The notes under the pieces are model-generated. The model made no database searches, was not told the DNA's origin, and was given only the letters and a program-made list of their open reading frames with translations. DNA of 63,292 bases, filler included, from Octopus bimaculoides (taxonomy: Eukaryota): the NCBI RefSeq assembly GCF_001194135.2. It is 7 parts of 5 records of this genome, joined end to end, with 100 filler letters (N's around TTAATTAATTAA, not from the genome) between each part and the next. Parts side by side here need not be neighbours in the genome. Positions count along the whole stretch, not along the records: positions 13,436 to 29,137 come from NC_069008.1; positions 29,238 to 36,423 come from NC_068989.1; positions 36,524 to 42,470 come from NC_068982.1; 4 more parts are not named here. One strand, 5' to 3'. Shown here piece by piece: positions 26,076-36,775 of this stretch (the stretch's first letter is position 1; the number at the start of each line of letters is the position of its first letter). The translations under genes were made by a program, and so were the position numbers.

Positions 26076-26542
26076 CAGAATTTGTGGCATAACACACCCT
26101 ATCTTTCTCAGTAGCATTATATATCTAAGACTATGTTACAAATGGCTAACACTTTTTATGTGTTTCAATTAAATTTGAAAACTTATCAATTTACAGTGGT
26201 TTCACATAACAACTGTAACCTTTTAATTAATCAACAGCTAAATTCAGCAAAATATAAAATAATTTAAATTTTGTTTAAAGATCATAATAAAAAATGAATA
26301 TACCACAAAATTTAAAAGTACAAGAATTGTGGAAATTACTGGATAATTACCATTTTGAAATTAATGCACATAAGACAGGCATACCATAAAGGTAAGACAT
26401 ATTGTCTATGAAAAAAAACTTGGAAATTAAATATCCAGTCATCCCATAACTAATGTCTGGATTCTACATTTTTCAATTTGTAAACACTTTAACACTTTTG
26501 TTAACGTCATTTCTAATCCACGTGCGTTTGTTTATGTTTCTG

Positions 26543-26664
26543 AACAAGATCGTCGCTTTCCGTAAAAGGGTTTTAGGGTTAGGATTACGGTTACGGCTAG
26601 AGTTAGGGACGAAATTCCCTAACCCTAACCCCAAAACCCTTTTACGGAAAGCGACGATCTTGTT
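26543..26664. repeat. Palindromic element: perfect 32-bp arms enclosing opposed telomere-like (TTAGGG/CCCTAA) repeats
   Basis: 26543-26574 is the exact reverse complement of 26633-26664. Confidence 0.9.
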
Positions 26665-26838
26665 TCCCTATCTGAAACGTATTTGTAGAAAATTTCACTT
26701 AATATCTCGGAAAGATAGCCAATATCTCTGTCTTTCACAAAGTCATGAGGAAACAAATGAGGTGGTTGTGGGGTCTTATCTATAGTTCTACCATAAAAGA
26801 AAAGAAAAAACATTCAATGGCTTATAATAATGCATTAA

Positions 26839-27283
26839 AACGGCGAGCTGGCAGAATCGTTAGCACGCCGGGCGAATGCTTAGCGGTATTTTGTCTGTCG
26901 TTATGTTCTGAGTTCAAACTCCGCCGAGGTCGACTTTGCCATTCATCCTTTCGGGGTCGATTAAATAAGTACCAGTTACGCACTGGTGTCAATCTAATCG
27001 ACTTAAACCCTTTGTCTGTCCCCTCTATGTTTAGCCCTCTGTAGGCAATAAAGAAATAGAATAATGCATTAAGGCGGCGAGCTGGCAGAACCGTTAGCAC
27101 ACAAGGCAAAATGCTTAGTTGCACTTCGACCATCCTTGCGCTATGAGTTCAAATTCCACCGAGGATGAATTTACTTTTCATCCTTTCGAAGTCGATAAAA
27201 TAAGTACCAGTTAGGCACTGAAATCGATGTAATCAACTTATTCACCAGCTTAATTGCTGGCCTTGTCACAAAATTTGAAACCA
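26839..27283 (+). mobile_element. Head-to-tail pair of SINE family A (26839-27059 and 27073-27283)
   Basis: Both have head, B box and core; different tails; AATAATGCATTAA at 26826-26838 and 27060-27072. Confidence 0.92.
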
Positions 27284-27790
27284 AATTATAATAGACTGAT
27301 TCTAGTGTAATGCAAAATATTTCTCAAACTAAATCACACAACAAACTAACGTGGCAATGGTGGAGTCAGCAAAATAGGCTTCATAGCAAGAAATAGCAGC
27401 CAAATCACGCACAAATCAGGCACGTTTCACGGATAAAAGGTACGACAGATACAAAGAATCGATTCGTCAAAAACAAATGACTACAATATTAAAAGATGAA
27501 ATATTTTCATTGTTTAATACTTACAGAAATGTTTTATAAAGGATAGTGTTGTTATAACTGTGTGTGTGGTAGTTATGAAATGTACTATAGGCGAATGTTT
27601 GCCCTATAACTGTGTAGAATCGTTGAAAAATGTATTATAACAGTGATAGACGAGGAATGTTTAATAAATGTTCATGATTATTGATTAAAGGGAATTCACT
27701 AAGCAGACAAAAATTTTGAAGTGAATGATAGAAATGGAAGCCAGTTTAGTGCGCATGCTAATTTGGGAACACAGATTTCGTGATAGGACG
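27279..27790 (-). promoter_or_regulatory. Putative promoter / non-coding first exon of ZNF-B, with splice donor GTAAGT at 27524-27519
   Basis: Inverted homolog of 15055-15512; GCATGCGCAC at 27758-27749; matching acceptor AG at 25514-25513. Confidence 0.55.
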
Positions 27791-28028
27791 GTTTGACATC
27801 TATTTTTAGCATACAAGGGATCCACTTAGTGGTCTCTCCTCTTGTTTATTTCATCTTATTTTGCTGGAGAGCAAAAGATGTAGTTTTGTCACATGACACT
27901 TGACACTTCCGTTTCTGCTGCAGACATTTTCGGATGACGATATTGAAATTTGTCTTTTACCTTTCGAATATTTACAGTGATTAAATCTATTTTTGCTCTA
28001 ACCATTCATTTATGGTCAAACTAAAGCG

Positions 28029-28740
28029 TTTGACCCGAGCTCAAAAATGAAAAAAAAATTACTGTAATAGGTGTAAAGCAACTTGCTGGGAATGAATATG
28101 AAAGAAAAAAATGCGCGCTCGCGAACGCGGGGGGGTGGCTCGGAACATTCACATCGTGAATGTGCCGAGACGCCTCACCGGAGCCAAGAAACAAAAGAAA
28201 AATAGTGTAATAGATGTAAAACGACTTGCTCTGAACGAATATGAAAAAAAAAAAAAATGCGCACTCACGAAAGGCGGGGTGGGGAGAGGACTTGGNNNNN
28301 NNNNNNNNNNNNNNNNNNNNNNNNNNNNNNNNNNNNNNNNNNNNNNNNNNNNNNNNNNNNNNNNNNNNNNNNNNNNNNNNNNNNNNNNNNNNNNNNNNNN
28401 NNNNNNNNNNNNNNNNNNNNNNNNNNNNNNNNNNNNNNNNNNNNNNNNNNNNNNNNNNNNNNNNNNNNNNNNNNNNNNNNNNNNNNNNNNNNNNNNNNNN
28501 NNNNNNNNNNNNNNNNNNNNNNNNNNNNNNNNNNNNNNNNNNNNNNNNNNNNNNNNNNNNNNNNNNNNNNNNNNNNNNNNNNNNNNNGCCGAGACGCCTC
28601 ACCGGAGCCAAGAAACAAAAGAAAAATAGTGTAATAGATGTAAAACGACTTGCTCTGAACGAATATGAAAAAAAAAAAAAATGCGCACTCACGAAAGGCG
28701 GGGTGGGGAGAGGACTTGGAGCATTCACATCGTCACACAT
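28029..28740 (+). repeat. Tandem array of the GC-rich modular repeat (about 150-bp units), gap inside
   Basis: Starts TTTGACCCGAG; unit GCCGAGACGCCTCACCGGAGCCAAG...GAATATGAAAAAA...TGCGC is repeated; related to 15511-16209. Confidence 0.75.
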
Positions 28741-28825
28741 CGTCAGTCCATGGCCTCAAAACTATAGTGTCTAGATCTTACCAACAACTTTTGGATACTA
28801 CCATTACTATAAACAATACTACTGT

Positions 28826-29137
28826 TTGTTGTTGGCACTCCGTCGCTTACGACGTCGAGGGTTCCAGTTGATCCGATCAACGGAACAGCCTGCTCGTGAA
28901 ATTAACGTGCAAGTGGCTGAGCACTCCACAGACACGTGTACCCTTAACGTAGTTCTCGGGGATATTCAGCGTGACACAGTGTGACAAGTCCGACCCTTTG
29001 AATTACAGGGCACAACAGAAACAGGAAGAGCGAAAGAAAGTTGTGGTGAAAGAGTACAGCAGGGTTCGCCACCATCCCCTGCCGGAGCCTCGTGGAACTT
29101 TTTAGGTGTTTCGCTCAATAAACACTCACAACGCCCT
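28826..29137 (-). mobile_element. tRNA-derived SINE family B (head lost in gap)
   Basis: Near-identical to 52427-52818; (CAA)n tail. Confidence 0.9.
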
Positions 29138-29237
29138 NNNNNNNNNNNNNNNNNNNNNNNNNNNNNNNNNNNNNNNNNNNNTTAATTAATTAANNNNNNN
29201 NNNNNNNNNNNNNNNNNNNNNNNNNNNNNNNNNNNNN

Positions 29238-29761
29238 TACTACTAACCAGCATCAATCTCCACCAGCGTCTACACGACTTTCTATGTACACCAAACTAAA
29301 CCACCGCGGCACTTCTCTCTCTTCGATTCTGTTAGGTGACTTAGCTTCACCACAATAATAAACAGACAAAAGATTTCAGCCAGCGACGAACATCTGTATA
29401 ACAAGAATCACGGCCCGGCATGGAAGCCACCACATCACAACTAGTGATCAGCTCTGCCACACTCACAGCCTCAACTACTTTCACATACAGACTTTTCCAA
29501 TAGTGTACTCAAGAACTGGTATAAATGCTCACGTGTTACTGACTCTCTTTCTATCTGCTGTAATATCTCACATACACATACATGTATCACTAACATACAT
29601 ACTTTTCTTTGTACGACGGCCTGTCTTTGATTATGTTTTTATGTCGCATTCACACTCTCACATACACATACATCTTTAACGCTACAATAAATATCTCTGT
29701 TATTCATCTTATATGGTTGTGGTCTTTCATTACTGGTCATCTATGTTATCGTAGTATAACA
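29238..29761 (+). mobile_element. Possible LTR (5' end in gap)
   Basis: TATAAAT near 29520, AATAAA near 29686, ends ...TATAACA; TSD cannot be tested. Confidence 0.3.
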
Positions 29762-29886
29762 TTTTTTGTATATCATCATTGATATATTATTTTGTGTTCG
29801 ACCGTGTGACACGCGTTTAAATAAAAGGAGTCCTCTGTTTTTCCATTCGTCACCATTTCTCCTTTTTGAGTTCGCACAGTCATTCC

Positions 29887-29925
<39 letters not shown>

Positions 29926-30325
29926 TACCAAGGAACCGTTTTATTTAAGTGAGTTTTCCCACGACGCAAGTGTAAGACCTCCACGCTTGGCAAAGCTGCA
30001 CATCAACAATGATGCATGAACGATCATGAAGAAAGGTGAATGAATGACCATTATGTAGACATGTCAAACCCCACCCACATATCATCTTTGCCTCCCAGCT
30101 CTCTGATTTAGGGGAAGGGGTTGCTAAAATAAGCACCCTCAGGACAGGGAGACAGTTTATTTGATTTCATCACTTTGCCTTTGTCAGAAATCGTTTTAAT
30201 TAATACTAATCAGCAACTAATTAACCAGGGGTGGGACATTTTTGTTTTTCAGTTTTTACCACCCACCAACCCCTGTTTTTTTTTTTTTTTTTTTTTTTNN
30301 NNNNNNNNTTTTTTTTTTCTTTTTT

Positions 30326-31188
30326 GGCTGTGTGGTTAAGAAGCTAGCTTCGCGACCTTGTGATTTCAGGTTCAGTCCCAATGTCCCACTGAAGTGTGTT
30401 TTACTATAGCCCTGGACTGGACTATATATACTGTTACCTTGTGAGTGAAATTTGGTAGAGGGAAACTATGTGGAAGCCCATCTTGTGATATATATATCTA
30501 TATATGTGTGTGTGTGTGTTTGTGTTTATTCACCCGTCTGGTGCTTTACAACATGTGTACTGGAGTTGATTTTGTTTCACTAAACCCTTTCAGGCAGTGC
30601 CCCAGCTTGGCCACAGCCCAATCACTGAAGCCAGTAAAAGATAAAAGGTAAAACCAGAGAACTGAGACAGAACTTATTTAGCAAAATTGCTTCTCAACCA
30701 CATGGTTCTAGGTTCAATCTCACTGTATGGCATTTTGGGCAAGTGTCTTCTTCTGTAACATTGGTCCAACCAAAGTCTTGCGGGTGGATTTGGTAGATGG
30801 AAACTCAAAGAAGCCCACCATGTATGTGTGAGTGTTTGTCCTTCAATAGTACTTATTCTATCAGTCTCTTTTGCCAAACCACTAAGTTTGAACCAACTTA
30901 GCAGTTTGGCAAAAGAGACCCATAGAATAAGTACTAGACTTTAAAAAAAAAACAAAAAGAAGTACAGGAGTCAATTAATTCAACTAGAAATTCTTCAAGG
31001 TGGTGCCCCAGCATGGGCACAGTCTAGTGACTGAAACAAATAAAAGAAAGAAATGGAACTATTTTTTAAAAAATTCTAAGGAAAGGTTCTTTTTTCTCTT
31101 TCTAAATATCAGGATATTCCTCTGCCAAAAAACACTAAACACCCCAGCTAATTGAAAGTTACAAACTTTCTTTGTCTTGGTTATTTGT

Positions 31189-31231
<43 letters not shown>

Positions 31232-31770
31232 GTAGCAGCAGTATCACAACTATGTGAGTGATTATTCTATGTGGGTCATACTTGTGTTTTATTGAGGAAC
31301 AGGAATTGTTTAAAACTGAAGTGCTTTCTAGACCAGAACAGGAATCCTAATGTTAGGGATGTAGCTTTACATTATATAGTTATGTATATGTGTATATATA
31401 TTTATTTGTTTATAGGTGCAGGAGTGGCTGTGTGGGAAGAAGTTTGCTTCCTGACCACATGGTTCCAGGTTCAGTCCCACTGCATGGCACCTTGGGCAAG
31501 TGTCGTCCAACCAAAGCTTTGTGAGTGGATTTGGTAGATGGAAACAATAAGAAGCCTGTTATATATATATATATGTGTGTGTTTGTGTTTTTTGTTTGTG
31601 TTTGTCCCTTACCACTGCTTGACAACTAGTGTTTGTGTCTCTGTAACCTGGTGGTTTGGCAAAAGAGACTGATAAAGTGCCAGGCTTAAAAAGCAAAAAT
31701 GTACTGTGGTCTATTGTTCAAGGCGGTGCTCCATCGTGGTCACAGTCTAATGACTTAAGTAAAAGAGAAA
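30326..31770 (+). mobile_element. Cluster of three SINE family C copies (30326-30650, 30680-31050, 31424-31770)
   Basis: tRNA-like head, internal (TG)n, TTCGGCAAAAGAGAC block, GACTGAAAC...AAAAG tail. Confidence 0.8.
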
Positions 31771-32058
31771 AGATACATATATATATGTACTTGTGTGTGT
31801 GTGTTGTCAACATCTGCCAGAGATTGAGATGTAATAATTTAAGTAATATATAAATATATGCATATATCCATACATATATGTACATACCTACATATATATG
31901 TATACATACATGCATATATGGGTACAGGACATCAAAAAAACGTTAAACACAATGAGAAATGTAAACATAGAAAACGAACTTTTTTCGAACAACGAAAAAA
32001 ACAGAGAAATGTGGCATGCAACAAAGAATATTTCCCTTCTCAGTTGTCCCTGTTTCAT

Positions 32059-32967
32059 CTACTCTTTTGATACCAACTTGCCTGAAACCACCCCTGGCTC
32101 TATAAGAATTTCATGTTTTAAACTTTCTAGATTAGTGGTTCTCAATCAGGGTCCATAGATTTTGTTATTAACCCTTTCGTTACTAACCCAGCTGAAACTG
32201 GCTCTGTTGTACAAATACCTTTTCATGTTTTGAATTAAAATCTCCCACCAAACCTTAGTCTCAATTTATGTTCTTAACACTAGGTGAATAAGTTATTTTA
32301 CTAAATTCTTTGTTATATTTAAAATTAGTTGAAAGAAACACAGAACATCTCAACAGAAATATGGTAACAAAAGGGTTAACAAATGATTAATTTAACCCTT
32401 TTGATACCTACTCACCTGAAACCGCCTCTGGCTCTGTAGCACAAATGTCTTGTTTTCATAAGTTCTGAATTAAAATCTTCCACCAAACCTTAGTCACAAT
32501 TTTAACACTAGCTTAATGATAACTAAGTTATTTTACTAAATTCTTTGTTATATTTAAAATCAATTGAAAGAAACGCAGAGCACCTCAAAATAAATACAGA
32601 AACGAAAGGGTTAGTTTCAATAAACTGGTTCTACATCTACAACACACAAAATATTTAAAGTTTTTTTTTATACAATTCCTAATAATATTTAATTATAGAA
32701 ATATAATTAAATTTTTGTAAACATTGAATGGCTATGAAGGTCCATTTGAGTAAAATAGAATCCAAGGAACCGCAGAGGTAAAAAAAAAATGGTTGAGAAC
32801 CTCTGTTCGAGAATTAAAATCTTCCTCCAATATTCTATGACTCATTTATGTCTCAAACACCAGTTTGATAATGAATGGCAAGGTTATTTTACCAAATTCA
32901 TTATTTTCAAAATAAACTGAAACAAAAGTAGAGTGTTTTCATAGAAATACGGTAACAAAAGGGTTAA
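32059..32967. mobile_element. Nested MITE stack: piggyBac-type MITE containing a hAT-type MITE (32133-32805), which contains two more piggyBac-type MITEs (32172-32375, 32396-32610)
   Basis: TTAA|CCCTTT...AAAGGG|TTAA termini; TAGTGGTTCTCAA / TTGAGAACCTCTG TIRs flanked by TTCTAGAT / TTCGAGAA. Confidence 0.85.
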
Positions 32968-32995
32968 ATGCACTAAAAACATTTTATCCTGAATA

Positions 32996-34195
32996 CATCA
33001 TCATCGTTTAACGTCCGCTTTCCATGCTAGCATGGGTTGGACGATTTGACTGAGGACTGGTGAAACCGGATGGCAACACCAGGCTCCAGTCTGATTTGGC
33101 AGAGTTTCTACAGCTGGATGCCCTTCCTAACGCCAACCACTCAGAGAGTGTAGTGGGTGCTTTTACGTGTCACCCGCACGAAAACGGCCACGCTCGAAAT
33201 GGTGTCTTTTATGTGCCNNNNNNNNNNNNNNNNNNNNNNNNNNNNNNNNNNNNNNNNNNNNNNNNNNNNNNNNNNNNNNNNNNNNNNNNNNNNNNNNNNN
33301 NNNNNNNNNNNNNNNNNNNNNNNNNNNNNNNNNNNNNNNNNNNNNNNNNNNNNNNNNNNNNNNNNNNNNNNNNNNNNNNNNNNNNNNNNNNNNNNNNNNN
33401 NNNNNNNNNNNNNNNNNNNNNNNNNNNNNNNNNNNNNNNNNNNNNNNNNNNNNNNNNNNNNNNNNNNNNNNNNNNNNNNNNNNNNNNNNNNNNNNNNNNN
33501 NNNNNNNNNNNNNNNNNNNNNNNNNNNNNNNNNNNNNNNNNNNNNNNNNNNNNNNNNNNNNNNNNNNNNNNNNNNNNNNNNNNNNNNNNNNNNNNNNNNN
33601 NNNNNNNNNNNNNNNNNNNNNNNNNNNNNNNNNNNNNNNNNNNNNNNNNNNNNNNNNNNNNNNNNNNNNNNNNNNNNNNNNNNNNNNNNNNNNNNNNNNN
33701 NNNNNNNNNNNNNNNNNNNNNNNNNNNNNNNNNNNNNNNNNNNNNNNNNNNNNNNNNNNNNNNNNNNNNNNNNNNNNNNNNNNNNNNNNNNNNNNNNNNN
33801 NNNNNNNNNNNNNNNNNNNNNNNNNNNNNNNNNNNNNNNNNNNNNNNNNNNNNNNNNNNNNNNNNNNNNNNNNNNNNNNNNNNNNNNNNNNNNNNNNNNN
33901 NNNNNNNNNNNNNNNNNNNNNNNNNNNNNNNTTTATTGCACCTGAACATCTGCCACAAACAAAAACTAACTTGCTAGTTAACCTGCCTTTGATGTTGCTG
34001 CACCTCTTATGTGTCCATAGCTTGCACCGGGTACATCTTATAGAGTTACTACCTACTCCTTTTCTACATACTGAGCAGGGCCATCTACCTGAAGGGGTTT
34101 GTGTTTTATCTACCTTCCTACTTATTAGGATTTTGGTTTTAGCTAGGTTGACTCTTAGGCCCTTCAATTCTAGACCTTGCTTCCACACCTGAAAC
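32996..34195 (-). mobile_element. RTE-clade LINE: post-RT region with a PHD-like finger (33932-34195), gap, then 3' UTR with (GAT)n tail (32996-33217)
   Basis: WKQGLELKGLRVNLAKTKILIS...CSVCRKGVGSNSIRCTRCKLWTHKRCS...FVCGRC; linkage across the gap is assumed. Confidence 0.85.
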
Positions 34196-34534
34196 TTCTC
34201 CTCTAGTTCTGATAGTGACTCCGCAATTAGGGCAAGGTCGTGCTTCTAAAATCGGAATGTGTCAAATAATATCTGTTGATCTTTTATACCATCAAATTCA
34301 TCATACATGAAACATCCACCACCAGGTGGCATATGTGCATATGTCTTAATCAACAAGTAATGATTCTATACTACACTTACACATACACGTGTGTGTTTGT
34401 GTGCAAGTGTTTGTAAATGACAGGTGTTACAAAGCTGAACCTTTGAACTGCATAGGTTCATGCACACACATAGTTTATCTGATGGGTACACACACACACA
34501 CACACACACATATATATGAAAATCAGAATCTCAA

Positions 34535-34790
34535 TCAAATCGAAATCAAAAATGGAAATTGTAGTTGTGACCGATGCCAGTGCCGCCTGAGTGGCTTCCA
34601 TGCCAGTGGCACATAAAAAGCACCCAGTACACTCTCAGAGTGGTTGGCGTTAGTGAAGGGCATCCAGCTGTAGAAGCATTGCCAAATCAGATTGGAGCCT
34701 GGAGCAGCCTCCTAGCTTGCCAGTCCCCAGTCAAACCGCCCAACCCATGCCAGCATGGAAAACGGACGTTAAACGATGATGGGTGATGAT
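34535..34790 (+). mobile_element. RTE 3'-UTR family copy
   Basis: CACTCTCAGAGTGGTTGGCGTTAG.GAAGGGCATCCAGCTGTAG...GGACGTTAAACGATGATG. Confidence 0.8.
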
Positions 34791-35354
34791 TGGTCTTTAA
34801 TTCTTGGTAGAATTGTAGAGTTTGTCTCATTGGTCCTGCCTGAGGATTATGTTTAAAGAAATATATTACAAGGACACAGTTCATTTAAAAACAGACTATA
34901 AGATTTTTTATACTTAAACAGATTTTATACATGCATGTGTGTGTGCATATATANNNNNNNNNNNNNNNNNNNNNNNNNNNNNNNNNNNNNNNNNNNNNNN
35001 NNNNNNNNNNNNNNNNNNNNNNNNNNNNNNNNNNNNNNNNNNNNNNNNNNNNNNNNNNNNNNNNNNNNNNNNNNNNNNNNNNNNNNNNNNNNNNNNNNNN
35101 NNNNNNNNNNNNNNNNNNNNNNNNNNNNNNNNNNNNNNNNNNNNNNNNNNNNNNNNNNNNNNNNNNNNNNNNNNNNNNNNNNNNNNNNNNNNNNNNNNNN
35201 NNNNNNNNNNNNNNNNNNNNNNNNNNNNNNNNNNNNNNNNNNNNNNNNNNNNNNNNNNNNNNNNNNNNNNNNNNNNNNNNNNNNNNNNNNNNNNNNNNNN
35301 NNNNNNNNNNNNNNNNNNNNNNNNNNNNNNNNNNNNNNNNNNNNNNNNNNNNNN

Positions 35355-35583
35355 CCCTGCTGAACTCTTTCACAACAACTTTCTCTCACTCTTACTTCCT
35401 GTTTCTGTTCTACCTGTAATTCAAAGGGCCAGCCTTGTCACACTGTGTCACGCTGAATATCCCCGAGAACTACATTAATGGTACACATGTCTGTGAAGTG
35501 CTCAACAATTTGCATGTTAATTTCACGAGCAGGCTGTTCCGTTGATCGGATTAACCGGAACCCTTGTCGTCGTAAGCGACGGT
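35355..35583 (+). mobile_element. SINE family B fragment
   Basis: Matches the body of 60120-60491. Confidence 0.85.
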
Positions 35584-35683
35584 CCTTCCCATAAAGCAAA
35601 TTAAATAAAATTTGGGATTTTTTGCAGAGGGTGAAAGTGTTAACAAAAAGAGGACAGTGAGAACAAAACATTAAAAACAAATG

Positions 35684-35933
35684 GTGAGGGCTGTTGAGCC
35701 AAGATGATGTGAAGTGGTGAACGCTGGCAAAACGAGCTTTGAGAAGAGACAGGTAAAAGCACGTCTTGTCTTTAGGAAGGAAGTGGAAGAAAGAGAGAAT
35801 GGCCGTGTGATCAACGAGAGAGTCAAGGAGGAAGAGAGAGAGAGGGAATGGTGAAGGGGAGAGGAGAAGAATAGGGAAAGCTCGTTTTTCCAGCATTCAT
35901 CACTTCACATCGTCTTGGCTCAACAGCCCTCAC
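35684..35933. mobile_element. MITE-like element with about 57-bp terminal inverted repeats and a purine-rich core
   Basis: GTGAGGGCTGTTGAGCCAAGATGATGTGAAGT...GAGCTTT vs AAAGCTC...ACTTCACATCGTCTTGGCTCAACAGCCCTCAC; no clear TSD. Confidence 0.75.
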
Positions 35934-36049
35934 GTTTTTTGATGTCCACGTTTTTTGACGTCCACGTTTTTTGATGTCCTGTACCCATATATGCCTGTAT
36001 ATATACATATATATATGTGGATATGTACATATATGTATGTATATGTGCA

Positions 36050-36423
36050 AGACTTGTTGGGGCAAGTGAAATCGAAATCGTAATTGAACCATACTCGATG
36101 ACTGGCACCTGCGCCAGTGGAGCACTAACAGCACTGTCCGAGCGTGTTCATTGCCAGAGCAGCTGTCTGACTTCTGTGCTAGTGGCCCGTAAGTAGCACC
36201 ATTTGAGCGTAATCGTTACCAGCGACGCCTTCTAGCACTTGTGCTGGTGGCACGTTAGAAAATCATTCGAGCAAGGTCATTGCCAGTGCCGCTGGACTGG
36301 CACCCGTGCAGGTGGCACGTAAAAAACACCTTTTTGAGCATGGCCGTTGCCAGTACCATGTGACTGACCTTCGTGCCGGTGGCGCGTAAAAGCACTCACT
36401 ACACTCTCAGAGTGGTTGGCGTT
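36050..36423 (+). mobile_element. RTE 3'-UTR family copy with an expanded internal repeat of about 60 bp
   Basis: Repeated GTG(C/G)..GTGGCACGTAAAA.CACC...TTGCCAG units upstream of the CACTACACTCTCAGAGTGGTTGGCGTT core. Confidence 0.75.
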
Positions 36424-36523
36424 NNNNNNNNNNNNNNNNNNNNNNNNNNNNNNNNNNNNNNNNNNNNTTAATTAATTAANNNNNNNNNNNNNNNNNNNNN
36501 NNNNNNNNNNNNNNNNNNNNNNN

Positions 36524-36557
<34 letters not shown>

Positions 36558-36576
36558 ATGTATATGTATGTATGTA

Positions 36577-36607
<31 letters not shown>

Positions 36608-36612
<5 letters not shown>

Positions 36613-36775
36613 TCCCCACCCCATCAACCGATGTTGGTGTGTTTATATCCCCGTAACTTAGCGGTTCGGCAAAAGAGACCGATAGAATAAGTACTAGGCT
36701 TACAAAGAATTAGTCTTCGACTAAAGGCAGTACTCCAGCAGTCAATGACTAAAACAAGTAAAAGAATAAAAGAAT
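36608..36775 (+). mobile_element. SINE family C 3' half
   Basis: CCCCGTAACTTAGCGGTTCGGCAAAAGAGACCGATAGAATAAGTACTAGG. Confidence 0.85.

Noticed and set aside
26575-26632. Interstitial telomere fusion site
   Set aside because: Only a few degenerate units, enclosed by non-telomeric perfect arms; a transposon-derived palindrome is more parsimonious.
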